The position numbers and the translations under genes are program-made. Shown here in pieces: positions 32,267 to 41,740 of a stretch of 64,000 nt of DNA. This stretch comes from Trueperaceae bacterium (lineage in GTDB: Bacteria > Deinococcota > Deinococci > Deinococcales > Trueperaceae): positions 2,272,001 to 2,336,000 of the forward strand of contig OZ243913.1 in assembly GCA_965213705.1 (NCBI GenBank), in the 5' to 3' direction. Below the pieces are notes generated by a model. That model searched no databases and was not told the DNA's origin. It saw only the letters and a list, made by a program, of their open reading frames with translations. Position 1 is the stretch's first letter. The number at the start of each line of letters is the position of its first letter.

Positions 32267-33031
32267 ATGCGCGTCGTCAGCCTCGCTTGTTCGAACACCG
32301 AAATCGTCTGCGCGCTCGGTTGCGCCGACCGCCTCGTCGGGGTGGATGACCATTCCGACCGGCCTGCCGAGGTCGTGGCCCATTTGCCGAGGGTTGGGCC
32401 GGACCTGAACGTCGACGTGGTGGCGGTGGCGCGGCTGAAACCCGACCTCGTGCTGGCCTCACTGACCGTGCCGGGGCACGAGCGGGTGGTGGCAGGGCTC
32501 GAGGCGGCAGGTTTGCCCTACCTCGCCCCGGAACCCCTCACGCTGAACGACGTTTACCAAAACATTCTCGAGATTGCCGGGGCACTCGGCGTGACCGACC
32601 GGGCTGAGGCGCTAGTCGCCGAACTGAAAACGCAGTTGACGAGTCCGCCGTCCGCCACGCCGCGCCCCAAAATCCTCGTGCAGTGGTGGAACCGCCCGAC
32701 CATCGCGCCGGGTCGCCTGAGCTGGGTCGACGACCTGATAAGGGCGGCGGGTGGCGCGAACGTTTTGACGGAAAACGTGAAAAGCCGACCCCTCAGCGAC
32801 GAGGAAGTGCGTGCGCTCGAGCCCGACGCCCTGGTTGTCTCTTGGTGCGGCGTCGACCCCACCAAGTACCGGCCCGACGTGCTCTACCGCAACCCGGCGT
32901 GGCAAGACTTGCGAGCGGTGCGCGCTGGACACATCTACTGCATCCCCGAAGCCTACCTCGGGCGGCCCGGCCCCGGTTTGGTGGAGGGGTTTGCGGCGTT
33001 GCGCGCGGTCGTCGGTAGGGTCAACGCCTGA
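32267..33031 (+). CDS. BtuF-like cobalamin/metal-binding protein without a signal peptide
   Basis: RVVSL..SNTEIVCALG, LKPDLV, RPGP; AAGGA RBS. Confidence 0.8.
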   Translation: MRVVSLACSNTEIVCALGCADRLVGVDDHSDRPAEVVAHLPRVGPDLNVDVVAVARLKPDLVLASLTVPGHERVVAGLEAAGLPYLAPEPLTLNDVYQNILEIAGALGVTDRAEALVAELKTQLTSPPSATPRPKILVQWWNRPTIAPGRLSWVDDLIRAAGGANVLTENVKSRPLSDEEVRALEPDALVVSWCGVDPTKYRPDVLYRNPAWQDLRAVRAGHIYCIPEAYLGRPGPGLVEGFAALRAVVGRVNA

Positions 33032-33053
33032 AGACTCGTTCGCGCGAGGCTGG

Positions 33054-33560
33054 TCAAGAACCCCTCTCACCGGTGCGGCGTTCCAGGGTGGCGAAGCTGT
33101 ACCCGAGGCCGGCTTTCTCGGAAAAATGGTCTTCCCGCTCGAGTTCGAGCCACTCGTCCGGGTCGAACTCGGGGAAAAAGGTGTCACCGTCAAACTTTTT
33201 GTGAACACGGGTCAGGTACATGCGGTCGACTTTGGGCAGCGCGAGTTGGTACAGTTCCGCCCCGCCGATAAGAAAAGTTTCGGCGGGGCGGAACCGCTCC
33301 GCCATGCGAAGCGCCTCGTCCAGGCTGTGAACGACGGTCACGCCGTCAAGCTCCAAGCCCAGGTTGCGCGTCACGACGATGTTGCTGCGCCCCGGCAACG
33401 GCTTTCCGATGGACTCGTAAGTTTTGCGCCCCATCACGACGGGTTTGCCCATCGTTACCTTTTTGAAGTGTTGCAGGTCTTCGCTGATGTGCCAGGGCAG
33501 CGCGCCGTCCCGCCCGATGACGCCGCCCTCGGCAACTGCGGCGACGAGGGCGACTCTCAC
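33054..33560 (-). CDS. folA: Dihydrofolate reductase
   Basis: LPWHISEDLQHFK, MGRKTYESIGKPLPGR, IGGAELY, GDTFFP. Confidence 0.95.
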   Translation of the reverse strand: MRVALVAAVAEGGVIGRDGALPWHISEDLQHFKKVTMGKPVVMGRKTYESIGKPLPGRSNIVVTRNLGLELDGVTVVHSLDEALRMAERFRPAETFLIGGAELYQLALPKVDRMYLTRVHKKFDGDTFFPEFDPDEWLELEREDHFSEKAGLGYSFATLERRTGERGS

Positions 33561-33561
33561 G

Positions 33562-34356
33562 TCATACCGCGACGGGCGCTGGAATCGCGGCGTGGTGCCG
33601 GTAGTTCACAAGCTCTACGCTCTCGAAGGTAAAATCGTCCAAGTTCCGAATAGTGTGGTCGAGGCGCAAGGTCGGCGGCGGCAGGGGAGACCGCGTCAGT
33701 TGCTCCCTCACCTGGTCCAGGTGGTTTAAGTAAAGGTGCGCGTCGCCGAAGGTGTGGACGAATTCGCCCGGTGCCAGCCCTGCGACCTGCGCGACCATCC
33801 TCGTCAGCAGCGCGTAAGAAGCGATGTTGAAGGGCACGCCCAGAAACAAGTCGGCGCTGCGCTGGTAGAGTTGGCAGGACAGTTTACCGTCGGCAACATA
33901 GAACTGAAACAGCGTGTGGCAGGGTGCCAAGGCCATTTTGTCCAAGTCGGCGACGTTCCAGGCGTTGACGAGCAGCCGCCGAGAGTCAGGGTTCGTCTTG
34001 AGCTGCGCCACGACCGCCCCGAGTTGGTCGATGGAGGAGCCGTCCGGCGCGGGCCAACTGCGCCACTGCGCGCCGTACACCGGCCCCAAGTCACCCGAGG
34101 CGTCCGCCCATTCGTTCCAGATGCGCACGCCGTTGTCTTTTAAGAACTTGATGTTCGTGTCACCGCGCAAAAACCAGAGCAGCTCGTAAACGACCGAGCG
34201 AAAGTGAACCTTTTTGGTCGTAACCAGCGGAAACCCTTGCTCCAGGTCGAAGCGCAGTTGCCGGCCGAACACGCTCAACGTCCCGGTGCCGGTGCGGTCG
34301 TCCTTGTAATGGCCGTTAGCAAGCACGTCTTTCATCAAGTCCAGGTACTGTTTCAT
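33562..34356 (-). CDS. thyA: Thymidylate synthase
   Basis: [28 protein letters not shown]. Confidence 0.96.
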   Translation of the reverse strand: MKQYLDLMKDVLANGHYKDDRTGTGTLSVFGRQLRFDLEQGFPLVTTKKVHFRSVVYELLWFLRGDTNIKFLKDNGVRIWNEWADASGDLGPVYGAQWRSWPAPDGSSIDQLGAVVAQLKTNPDSRRLLVNAWNVADLDKMALAPCHTLFQFYVADGKLSCQLYQRSADLFLGVPFNIASYALLTRMVAQVAGLAPGEFVHTFGDAHLYLNHLDQVREQLTRSPLPPPTLRLDHTIRNLDDFTFESVELVNYRHHAAIPAPVAV

Positions 34357-34456
34357 GCGCCTCCTACTAGATGTAGCGTCAAGCTTACCAGGAAATGACG
34401 GGGAAGACTCGAGCTATGCACCTGTCGTTCTTAGGATGAGGCGTTTCTTGAAATCG

Positions 34457-34882
34457 CTATTTTTGTCGGTTGCTGTCAACCAAACGCCGCACCAGATCTG
34501 TAATCTCGTAGTCGGGTCCAGCAGGCTCAACGCGCTTCAGCATCTCCTCAGGCGAAACCAACGCCATGCCGGCCCCTTCGTTCACCGTCAAGCCGTCGAG
34601 ATTGCCATCAAAACGCCAGACGAAAACGTGAAGCTGAAAGTACAAGTCATCAAGCTGTCCCGTGATTGTTTTTTGGAACTCGAGTTCGTCCGGTGCTAGC
34701 TCGAGACCGAGTTCTTCATGAGCTTCACGCATGACGGCTTGTAGAGGCGTTTCGCCCGCTTCGATACCGCCACCGAAAAAGCCCCACGGCGGCGGGCGGT
34801 GGCCGCGTCTATCCTGAACCAGCATTAAACCCTCGGTTTGGTCGAGGGGTACGAGGATGGCGTTGTTGATGCTGCGACTCAT
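34457..34882 (-). CDS. NUDIX hydrolase
   Basis: GGGIEAGETPLQAVMREAHEELG; ATG 6 nt after TATAAC. Confidence 0.85.
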   Translation of the reverse strand: MSRSINNAILVPLDQTEGLMLVQDRRGHRPPPWGFFGGGIEAGETPLQAVMREAHEELGLELAPDELEFQKTITGQLDDLYFQLHVFVWRFDGNLDGLTVNEGAGMALVSPEEMLKRVEPAGPDYEITDLVRRLVDSNRQK

Positions 34883-34968
34883 GACCAAGTTATAGCAAAA
34901 CGAAAAGGCGGCGGCTCTGCCCTCAGCTGACGGCTTCCCGCCAGGGCTCGAGCACCCCAATTGCAAGA

Positions 34969-36114
34969 CTAAGCTTCGTGCCAGGGTTCAAAAATCTCTC
35001 GTGCGACGCTGCGCCCTTTGGGCGTTAGGAGCAACGCCTCGCCCTGGCGGTTCACCAGCCCGTCGTCGATGCTGCGCATGAGGACGCGGCGCACCTTGGT
35101 GTCGTCCCAGCGCAAATGCTCATGCAACGCACTTTCCACGTTCTCCTCGGCCCGCCTAGGGCCTTTTTCGTGGTGGTAGAGGTGGACGGCCAGGGCGCGG
35201 CTTGCGTTGGCGTCGCGCTGCTGCGCGCGCCGAACCTCCTGAGCGATAAGCCCGTAGCGCGGCCCGAACAAAAAGGCCAGCAGCAAAAAGACGCCCGTCA
35301 TGACCGCCATCATCCCGCCGATGGACACGTTCCAGTAAACGGCCAGGTAGTAGCCGGAAACGCTCGAGGCGATAGACACCAGCGAGCCGTAAAGAATCAT
35401 CTTCCAGAGCCTGTCGGTAAGCAGGTAAGCGGTCGAGGCGGGCACGATGGCGAAGGCGATAAAGAGCACCGCGCCTACAGCATCGAAAGCGGCCACGGCG
35501 GTCGCGCTGGTGAGCCCGAGCAGGGCGTAAAAAAGTGCCACCGGCGCGAAACCGAGCGCCTTGGCGAGCCCCGTGTCGAAGGTTGAGAGTTTCAACTCTT
35601 TATAGAAAAGAATCACAAACAAAAAGTTGACCAGGGTTATCCCGCCGAGCGACAGCAGCGACTGCGGAACATTGTAGGAACCGACCTGCACCGTGTCGAG
35701 CCAGACGAAGCCGATTTCACCTAATAAGACGGTGTGCTGGTCGATATGTACGTTGTGGGCGTAGGTGTTTAAGAGCAGCACCCCGATGGAAAACAGTACC
35801 GGAAAGACCAACCCGATGGCCGCGTCGTTCTTGACCTTGCGGGTATTGACCAGCATTTCGGTCAGGAACACGGTGAGGACGCCGGTCAGCGCCGCGCCCA
35901 CAAGCTGGACGGGACCGCTTTCCTGTTTGGTCAAAATCCACACGACGACGATGCCGAAAACAATCGAGTGGCTGATGGCGTCTGAAAGCATACTGTTTTT
36001 GCGCAGGACCAGAAACGCCCCGAGCAGGCTCGAGCCTATCCCCACCAGTGCGCCCGTCAGCATAATCATTAGGGGAATGTTGTTGAAAACACCGGTAAAA
36101 AAGTCGGTAAGCAT
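34969..36114 (-). CDS. Mn/Fe ABC permease (TroD-like) with a C-terminal winged-helix extension
   Basis: DAISHS, YKELKLSTFD, AAFDAVGAVL; tail LTPKGRSVAREI. Confidence 0.88.
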   Translation of the reverse strand: MLTDFFTGVFNNIPLMIMLTGALVGIGSSLLGAFLVLRKNSMLSDAISHSIVFGIVVVWILTKQESGPVQLVGAALTGVLTVFLTEMLVNTRKVKNDAAIGLVFPVLFSIGVLLLNTYAHNVHIDQHTVLLGEIGFVWLDTVQVGSYNVPQSLLSLGGITLVNFLFVILFYKELKLSTFDTGLAKALGFAPVALFYALLGLTSATAVAAFDAVGAVLFIAFAIVPASTAYLLTDRLWKMILYGSLVSIASSVSGYYLAVYWNVSIGGMMAVMTGVFLLLAFLFGPRYGLIAQEVRRAQQRDANASRALAVHLYHHEKGPRRAEENVESALHEHLRWDDTKVRRVLMRSIDDGLVNRQGEALLLTPKGRSVAREIFEPWHEA

Positions 36115-37253
36115 CAGCCCTCCTGCGGGTTCAAGTCTCTTAGAATGCGCTCGGCTTCCGCGCGTCCCCCGGCGGTAAGCTCCCAGTGCGGACCCTCTTC
36201 GGGCATGTGCGCCGCACTTTTGACAAAGCCGCGCTGCTCGAGCCGCGCCAAGGTCGCTTCGGTGCCGACGCCGTAGTAGGCGTTGACCATCCCCTGCTCG
36301 GTTTTGTAACCGGGGTCGCCGTGACGCTGCGAAAGCCCGTAGAGCGTGGTCAAGACGCGCTGCGTTCTGAGCCGCCGCCGGTTGCGCCAGCGCTGCGCCG
36401 CCTCCCAGAGCAAACCGCGCTCCGGCGCGACGAGCAGCGACAAAAAAACCAGCGCGGAGATGCTGAGCACAATCAAGGGGCCGGTGGCGAGTCCGCGCCT
36501 GGCGGCGCTCAGCACCCCGCCGAACACGCCGCCCGCTGCGCCGATGAGGGCGGCGAGCACGACCATCTGCTCGAGCTTTTTACTCCACTGCCGCGCCGCC
36601 ACAGCGGGCGCAATCACCATCGCCGCCATCAAGACCACCCCGACCATCTGCAAACCGATTACGACGGCTAAGGCAATCATGACGGTCAGGACGACCTCGA
36701 GGACGACGACCGGTAAGCCCAGCGAACCCGCAAAACCGGGGTCGAAAGCGACCAGCTTGAACTCTTTCCAGAACGCCGCCACCAGCGAAAGCGCAAAGAG
36801 CGTCACCCCACCCATAACGTAGAGGTCGCTGCGCAAAATGGCGGCGGCCTGTCCGAAGAGAAAGCTGTCCAGCCCGCCCTGAGAGGCGTTGCCGGTGCCC
36901 TGAATGTAGGTGAGTAGGACGATTCCCAGCGCAAAAAAGACGCTGAGCGCGGACCCCAGTCCCGCGTCCGTTTTGAGGCGACTGCGGCGCGTGAGCAGCA
37001 GCATCAAAAGCGCCGCCAGCGTGCCCGTAATCAGCGCCCCCAACAAAATACTGCCGAGCTGACGCGACCCCGCCACGATAAAGCCCAAGCACACCCCCGG
37101 CAACGCCGCGTGGGACATGGTATCCCCTAACAGGCTTTGCTGCCGCAGCACTGCGAAGCTGCCCAGGACACCGCTGCTGACGCCCAACAGCGCCGCGCCG
37201 AGCGCCACGTTCTGAACCGTGTAATCCTGAAACAGGACAAGAAGTGCGTTCAT
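36114..37253 (-). CDS. Mn/Fe ABC permease (TroC-like) with a C-terminal winged-helix extension
   Basis: GDTMSHAALPG, WKEFKLVAFD; tail LTAGGRAEAERI. Confidence 0.88.
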   Translation of the reverse strand: MNALLVLFQDYTVQNVALGAALLGVSSGVLGSFAVLRQQSLLGDTMSHAALPGVCLGFIVAGSRQLGSILLGALITGTLAALLMLLLTRRSRLKTDAGLGSALSVFFALGIVLLTYIQGTGNASQGGLDSFLFGQAAAILRSDLYVMGGVTLFALSLVAAFWKEFKLVAFDPGFAGSLGLPVVVLEVVLTVMIALAVVIGLQMVGVVLMAAMVIAPAVAARQWSKKLEQMVVLAALIGAAGGVFGGVLSAARRGLATGPLIVLSISALVFLSLLVAPERGLLWEAAQRWRNRRRLRTQRVLTTLYGLSQRHGDPGYKTEQGMVNAYYGVGTEATLARLEQRGFVKSAAHMPEEGPHWELTAGGRAEAERILRDLNPQEG

Positions 37254-38101
37254 CAGTTCGCCTTGGGGCTGTCAGGCACAGAACTTCCGGACGCCGTGGC
37301 CTGTAACGGCTCTTGTGAGGGTTCTTGCGCTGATTCTTTTATGGGAAAATGATTGTCGCCCAGCAGCGCAATCTGACCGCCGTAAGCTGCCCGCAAGTTC
37401 TCGGCGGTGTAGACCTCACGAACCGGTCCTTGCGCTACCGCTCGAACGTTCAAAATCAACATCCAGTCGAAGTAGCTCGTGACCGTTTGCAAGTCGTGAT
37501 GCACCACGATGACGGTTTTGCCCCGGTCGCGCAACTCGCGCAGCAAGTTGACGATGGCGCGCTCTGTAGTAGCGTCCACGCCCGCCATCGGCTCGTCCAG
37601 AAAGTACACGTCGGCGTCTTGGACCAAGGCCCGCGCTAAAAACACGCGCTGCTGCTGTCCGCCCGAGAGTTGGCTGATCTGCCGGTCGGCGTAGTCCTGC
37701 ATCCCGACAAGTTCCAAGGCTCCCAAAGCCCGCTCGCGCTCCTGCCTGCCCGGCCTTCGGAACCAGCCCAAGCGACCGTAAAGCCCCATCGTCGTCACGT
37801 CTAGGGCGGTGGTTGGAAAGTCCCAATCGACCGAGGAGCGCTGCGGCACGTAACCGACCCTGCTGCGCTGCTCTCGGTAAGACCCTCCGTGAATGTAAAC
37901 GTGGCCTGCGGCGGGTTTGACAAGCCCTAGAATCGTCTTGATGAGGGTGCTTTTGCCCGCCCCGTTGGGGCCGACAATGGCGGCGAGCACGCCCGGTGGC
38001 ACGTCCAGGTCGATGTCCCACAGGACGGGCTTGCTGTGGTAACTCACCGTTAAGTCTTCGACATGAACCGCAAGATTGGGTTCGTGGGTGGTATCGCTCA
38101 T
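37253..38101 (-). CDS. Mn/Fe ABC ATP-binding protein (TroB-like)
   Basis: GPNGAGKS, YVPQRSSVDWDFP, LSGGQQQRVF, HHDL. Confidence 0.92.
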   Translation of the reverse strand: MSDTTHEPNLAVHVEDLTVSYHSKPVLWDIDLDVPPGVLAAIVGPNGAGKSTLIKTILGLVKPAAGHVYIHGGSYREQRSRVGYVPQRSSVDWDFPTTALDVTTMGLYGRLGWFRRPGRQERERALGALELVGMQDYADRQISQLSGGQQQRVFLARALVQDADVYFLDEPMAGVDATTERAIVNLLRELRDRGKTVIVVHHDLQTVTSYFDWMLILNVRAVAQGPVREVYTAENLRAAYGGQIALLGDNHFPIKESAQEPSQEPLQATASGSSVPDSPKAN

Positions 38102-38219
38102 CAGTTCCTTTCGGAATTCTTTTCGGCGGAGTCAGGTACTTGCGTCTTTGGCAAGTTGTTAACCGTCAGCACTCGCGGTCAGGACGTCCTCGGCTGAAGG
38201 TTGATTAAGAGCTGTCGTC

Positions 38220-39194
38220 CTACTCGGCTTGCGCCATCTCAACGCCCCACTCTTCCGCCCAACCGCTCAGCGCTTCGGGCAGGGGTGGCACGGTGCCGCC
38301 GAGGGCTTGGGTGATGTTCATGGTGTTTTCAAACAGCATCCCGATGTAGGTGCCGCCCGCCGTGCCGTCTTGCCCCATCGCGTCGGAGTAAAGCTGTCCG
38401 CCGATTTCGACCTCTTGACCGCGCTGCCTCGCCGCCTGTCTGACCGACTCGGTGGTCCGCGGGTTGATGGTGGTTTCGACAAAGATAGCAGGAACTTGCC
38501 GCTCGACGACGGTGTCGACCGTGCCGCGAATATCGGCGATGGCGGCTTCGGCTTCGGTGCTGATGCCCTGGATGCCCTCAACGTCGATGCCGTAAGCCCG
38601 CCCGTAGTAGTTAAAGGCGTCGTGGGCGGTCACCAAGATGCGCTGCTGCTCGGGGATAGAAGCGATGCTCTCTTCGACCCAACCGTCCAGCGCCCTCAGT
38701 TGCGCGGTAAAGGTCTCCACATTGGCCTGCATCTGCTCGGCGCAGTCGGGGCGCAACCCGCTGAGCGTGTTCAGGACCGTCGGAGCGAGTTTCGCCCACA
38801 GGTTCACGTCCATCCACAGGTGCGGGTCGATGCCGTAAACGCTTTGCACGGTGATGAGGTCGCTCGTGTCGATAGACGAGGGCGAGGCGGCGACGGTGGG
38901 TTTTTGTTCGGCAAAGCGCTCTAAGACGTTGCCGAGCTGTCCCTCGAGCACATACCCCGAGTAGAAGATGACGTCGGCGTCTTGAAAAAGCCGCACGTCC
39001 TTAGCACTGGCCTGATACGTGTGCGGGTCGATACCTGCGCCCATGATTACAGTCGCCTCCACGCAGTCCCCGCCGACGTTTTCCACCACGTCGTTCAACA
39101 TACCGACGGTCGACACGACGTTGAGCGGTTCTTGAGCGTAAGTACCCCAGCTGAAACCGAACGCAACGACCAGCACAACGAAAAATTTTGTCAC
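38220..39194 (-). CDS. Mn/Fe/Zn ABC substrate-binding protein (TroA-like)
   Basis: DPHTY, DPHLW, HDAFNYYG, YSDAMG. Confidence 0.92.
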   Translation of the reverse strand: MTKFFVVLVVAFGFSWGTYAQEPLNVVSTVGMLNDVVENVGGDCVEATVIMGAGIDPHTYQASAKDVRLFQDADVIFYSGYVLEGQLGNVLERFAEQKPTVAASPSSIDTSDLITVQSVYGIDPHLWMDVNLWAKLAPTVLNTLSGLRPDCAEQMQANVETFTAQLRALDGWVEESIASIPEQQRILVTAHDAFNYYGRAYGIDVEGIQGISTEAEAAIADIRGTVDTVVERQVPAIFVETTINPRTTESVRQAARQRGQEVEIGGQLYSDAMGQDGTAGGTYIGMLFENTMNITQALGGTVPPLPEALSGWAEEWGVEMAQAE

Positions 39195-39237
39195 TTTAGC
39201 TACCCCTTAAATTAAAAATACCAACGTAAAATACAGG

Positions 39238-39286
39238 TTTTTGCCACACCTAAAAAATTATAGTCTCCGTCACCGCAGACTGTCAA
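39238..39286 (-). promoter_or_regulatory. Sigma70 promoter of the tro operon with an adjacent DtxR/MntR-type operator
   Basis: Minus strand TTGACA (39281-39286), 18 nt, TATAAT (39257-39262), immediately followed by TTTTTAGGTGTGGCAAAAA. Confidence 0.75.
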
Positions 39287-39465
39287 GCAAGTGAGAGGTT
39301 TTGTTGGTCACGTGGACGTACATGAAGAGGAAAGGTGAAACTCTGCCGGCACTACTAGAAGTGCTTTGAACGGCTGCGTTGCTCGAGAAAGCGGGGACGC
39401 GGCCTGTCAAGGACGGCGTGTCTTTTAGCGCCGCACCTCTAGCACAGCACCTCTATCGTCCCACC

Positions 39466-40170
39466 CTACCGCAACACCTCGGCGTGCAGGTGCTGCGCCA
39501 GGGTGTGGGCGATAGCTAGGGTGGCAGGGGTGTCGTCGGTTTGGGCTCTGGACGTGGCGGGGTCGCTCGAGCCCAGCGCGAGCGTGAGAGGGCCGTCGAA
39601 GGGGGCGCGTTGCAAAACCGTGACCGTCCGGCCCGGCACCAGACCGTGCTCGCCCAAGTAGCGCAGTACCTCGGGGTCTTGGTTGGTGGTGCGGGTCAGC
39701 GTGGCGCGCGTGCCGGTGGTGAGCGTCGCCAAGGGTTGACCTTTGCTTTCAGGTACAACGCCGTCGCGGCTCGGAATGGGGTCGCCGTGCGGGTCGAACG
39801 CCGGGTTGCCGAGGAGCCTGGCAATTCGCTCTTCGAAGTCCTCGCTGATAACGTGCTCCAACCTGTCGGCCTCGTCGTGAACCTCGTGCCAGGCGTAGCC
39901 GAGCGCCTGCGCGAGGTAGGTCTCGATAAGGCGGTGGTGGCGCAAGGTTTCCAGTGCCACCAACCGCCCCGCCGGGGTCAGGCTTACGCCCCGGTAACGC
40001 GTGTAGTCGACGAGTTTGAGGTCGCCCAGCTTTTTGAGCATCCCGGTCACGCTTCCGGCGCTCACCCCGAGCGCCCGCGCGACGTCTTGCGTTTTGACCT
40101 CGCTCTCGCCCAGTTCGTAAATGGCTTTCAAGTAGTCTTCCATGTTGCTGCTGAGGATGGGTGGCGTCAT
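39466..40170 (-). CDS. DtxR/MntR/TroR-family metal-dependent repressor with a FeoA-like domain
   Basis: EDYLKAIY, RHHRLIETYL, VHDEADRLEH, DPHGDPIP. Confidence 0.93.
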   Translation of the reverse strand: MTPPILSSNMEDYLKAIYELGESEVKTQDVARALGVSAGSVTGMLKKLGDLKLVDYTRYRGVSLTPAGRLVALETLRHHRLIETYLAQALGYAWHEVHDEADRLEHVISEDFEERIARLLGNPAFDPHGDPIPSRDGVVPESKGQPLATLTTGTRATLTRTTNQDPEVLRYLGEHGLVPGRTVTVLQRAPFDGPLTLALGSSDPATSRAQTDDTPATLAIAHTLAQHLHAEVLR

Positions 40171-40191
40171 GAGGCGATTGTAACACAAAAG

Positions 40192-40205
40192 TTAGGCTGG
40201 CCTAA
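40192..40205. promoter_or_regulatory. DtxR-type palindrome, candidate autoregulatory operator
   Basis: TTAGGC-TG-GCCTAA in the promoter of the repressor gene. Confidence 0.7.
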
Positions 40206-40277
40206 ACATCGGCGAGTTGAATTTGTGTTCCCTAACGGGTTCCGAACCGCAGCGGTTTTCAGGGCGCGCAGCGGTGT

Positions 40278-41390
40278 TCAGGCGTGCCCGGAAGCGCTGG
40301 CGGCTCCGTCACCGGGCGCGGCTCGAGCGTCGACCAGGGCCTGGACCGAGCCGTGTCCGTCCCGCGTCAAGCGTTCCAGCAAGCCGCGGTTCAACCTTCT
40401 CAACAACCCCGGCCCTTCGTAGACAAAGCTCGTGTAAAGTTGCACCAGGCAAGCTCCGGCCTGCAAACGTTCGTAGACGTCGTCCGCCGTGGCGACCCCG
40501 CCGACCGAGACCACGGGAAGGTCGGTTCGAGCCCTGACGTAGCGCAAAATCTCCAGTGACCGCGCCCGCAACGGCCGGCCGGACAGACCCCCGGTCTCGT
40601 CGAGCGTCGTTGTCAGGCTTTCGCGCGAAACCGTCGTGTTGGTGGCGATAATGCCGCTCAAGGCGTAGCGCTGCGCTAGTCTCAACACGTCGTCCAGTTG
40701 CCCCTCGCTCAGGTCCGGGGCGATTTTGAGCAGCAGGGGCTTGGGCGCGGCCTGCGCCTCTATAAACCCCGTCAAGGTCTCGAGCAGCGCCTTCAACCTG
40801 TCCCGGTCTTGTAAGTCTCTCAGCCCCGGCGTGTTCGGCGAACTCACGTTGACCACAAAATAGTCGCCGTAGCGCCAGAGCAGCGCCAGCGACCGCAGGT
40901 AGTCTTGCGGCGCGTCGTCCAGCGGCGTCACCTTCGACTTGCCGAGGTTGATGCCGAGCGGCGCGGCCGGCTTGCCGTGGGTTTCAAAGAGGTGCTCGAG
41001 CCGCGCCGCCACCTGTTCGGCCCCGGCGTTGTTAAAGCCCATCCGGTTGATAATCGCCCGGTCGTGCGGCAAGCGGAACAAGCGCGGTTTGGCGTTGCCC
41101 GGTTGCGCCAGCGCGGTCACGCTGCCGACCTCGACCGAGCCGAAGCCCAGCGCCAGCCAGGCGGGCACGGCTGAAGCATTTTTGTCAAACCCCGCCGCCA
41201 AACCGACCGGGTTGGGGAAGGTCAAGCCAAAGCGGCGCACGCTCAAGCGTTCGTCGTCGACCCCGCAGGCCTCCCGAACGGCGCGCAGCGCGCTCCTGTA
41301 ACGGCTGGTGAACTCGAGCCCGCGCATCGCGAGGTCGTGAACCGTCTCGGGGTCGGCGCGGAACAGCAGGGGCTTGAGAAGCGCGTACAC
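40278..41390 (-). CDS. pyrD: Dihydroorotate dehydrogenase (quinone, class 2)
   Basis: GLAAGFDKN, INRMGFNN, VNVSSPNTPGLR, GGLSG. Confidence 0.95.
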   Translation of the reverse strand: MYALLKPLLFRADPETVHDLAMRGLEFTSRYRSALRAVREACGVDDERLSVRRFGLTFPNPVGLAAGFDKNASAVPAWLALGFGSVEVGSVTALAQPGNAKPRLFRLPHDRAIINRMGFNNAGAEQVAARLEHLFETHGKPAAPLGINLGKSKVTPLDDAPQDYLRSLALLWRYGDYFVVNVSSPNTPGLRDLQDRDRLKALLETLTGFIEAQAAPKPLLLKIAPDLSEGQLDDVLRLAQRYALSGIIATNTTVSRESLTTTLDETGGLSGRPLRARSLEILRYVRARTDLPVVSVGGVATADDVYERLQAGACLVQLYTSFVYEGPGLLRRLNRGLLERLTRDGHGSVQALVDARAAPGDGAASASGHA

Positions 41391-41495
41391 GCCCTGCAGT
41401 GTACCGAACCCGCGCCGGCCGCAAGCAAGGTGGAGGCCATCCTCCCGAGGCTTATTATTCGCGGCCCGTGAGCGCTCTCAACGCGGAACGTTTAC

Positions 41496-41679
41496 GAGAC
41501 CCGGTGGGTTGAAGGCTTCTCTTGCGCTGCCCCCGCACATCCCACGGTGGGTCCGGTTCACAAGACCAAGCTTCTCCTGACGGGGCGTTAGGGCGTACGA
41601 CCCGTTGACGGTGAACCGCCAAACTTTTCTTGGTCAGTATCAACTGAGCACTGAAGAGGCCGGTTGGCACCGCTATCCC
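41496..41679 (-). ncRNA. ssrS: Probable 6S RNA
   Basis: 184 nt. Ends pair (GGGAT/GTCTC, CGGTG/CACCG, GGCCTCTT/AAGAG..GCC, GTGCT/AGCGC) around an A-rich central bubble. Inner stem CGGTTCAC/GTGAACCG; ACCCACC...GCGGG segment as in Firmicute 6S RNAs. Confidence 0.68.
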
Positions 41680-41740
41680 GTTGGGTTTTTACGAACGGTC
41701 TTATGCAAAAAAGGTCGGTTAAAATGATGCCAGGTAACAG

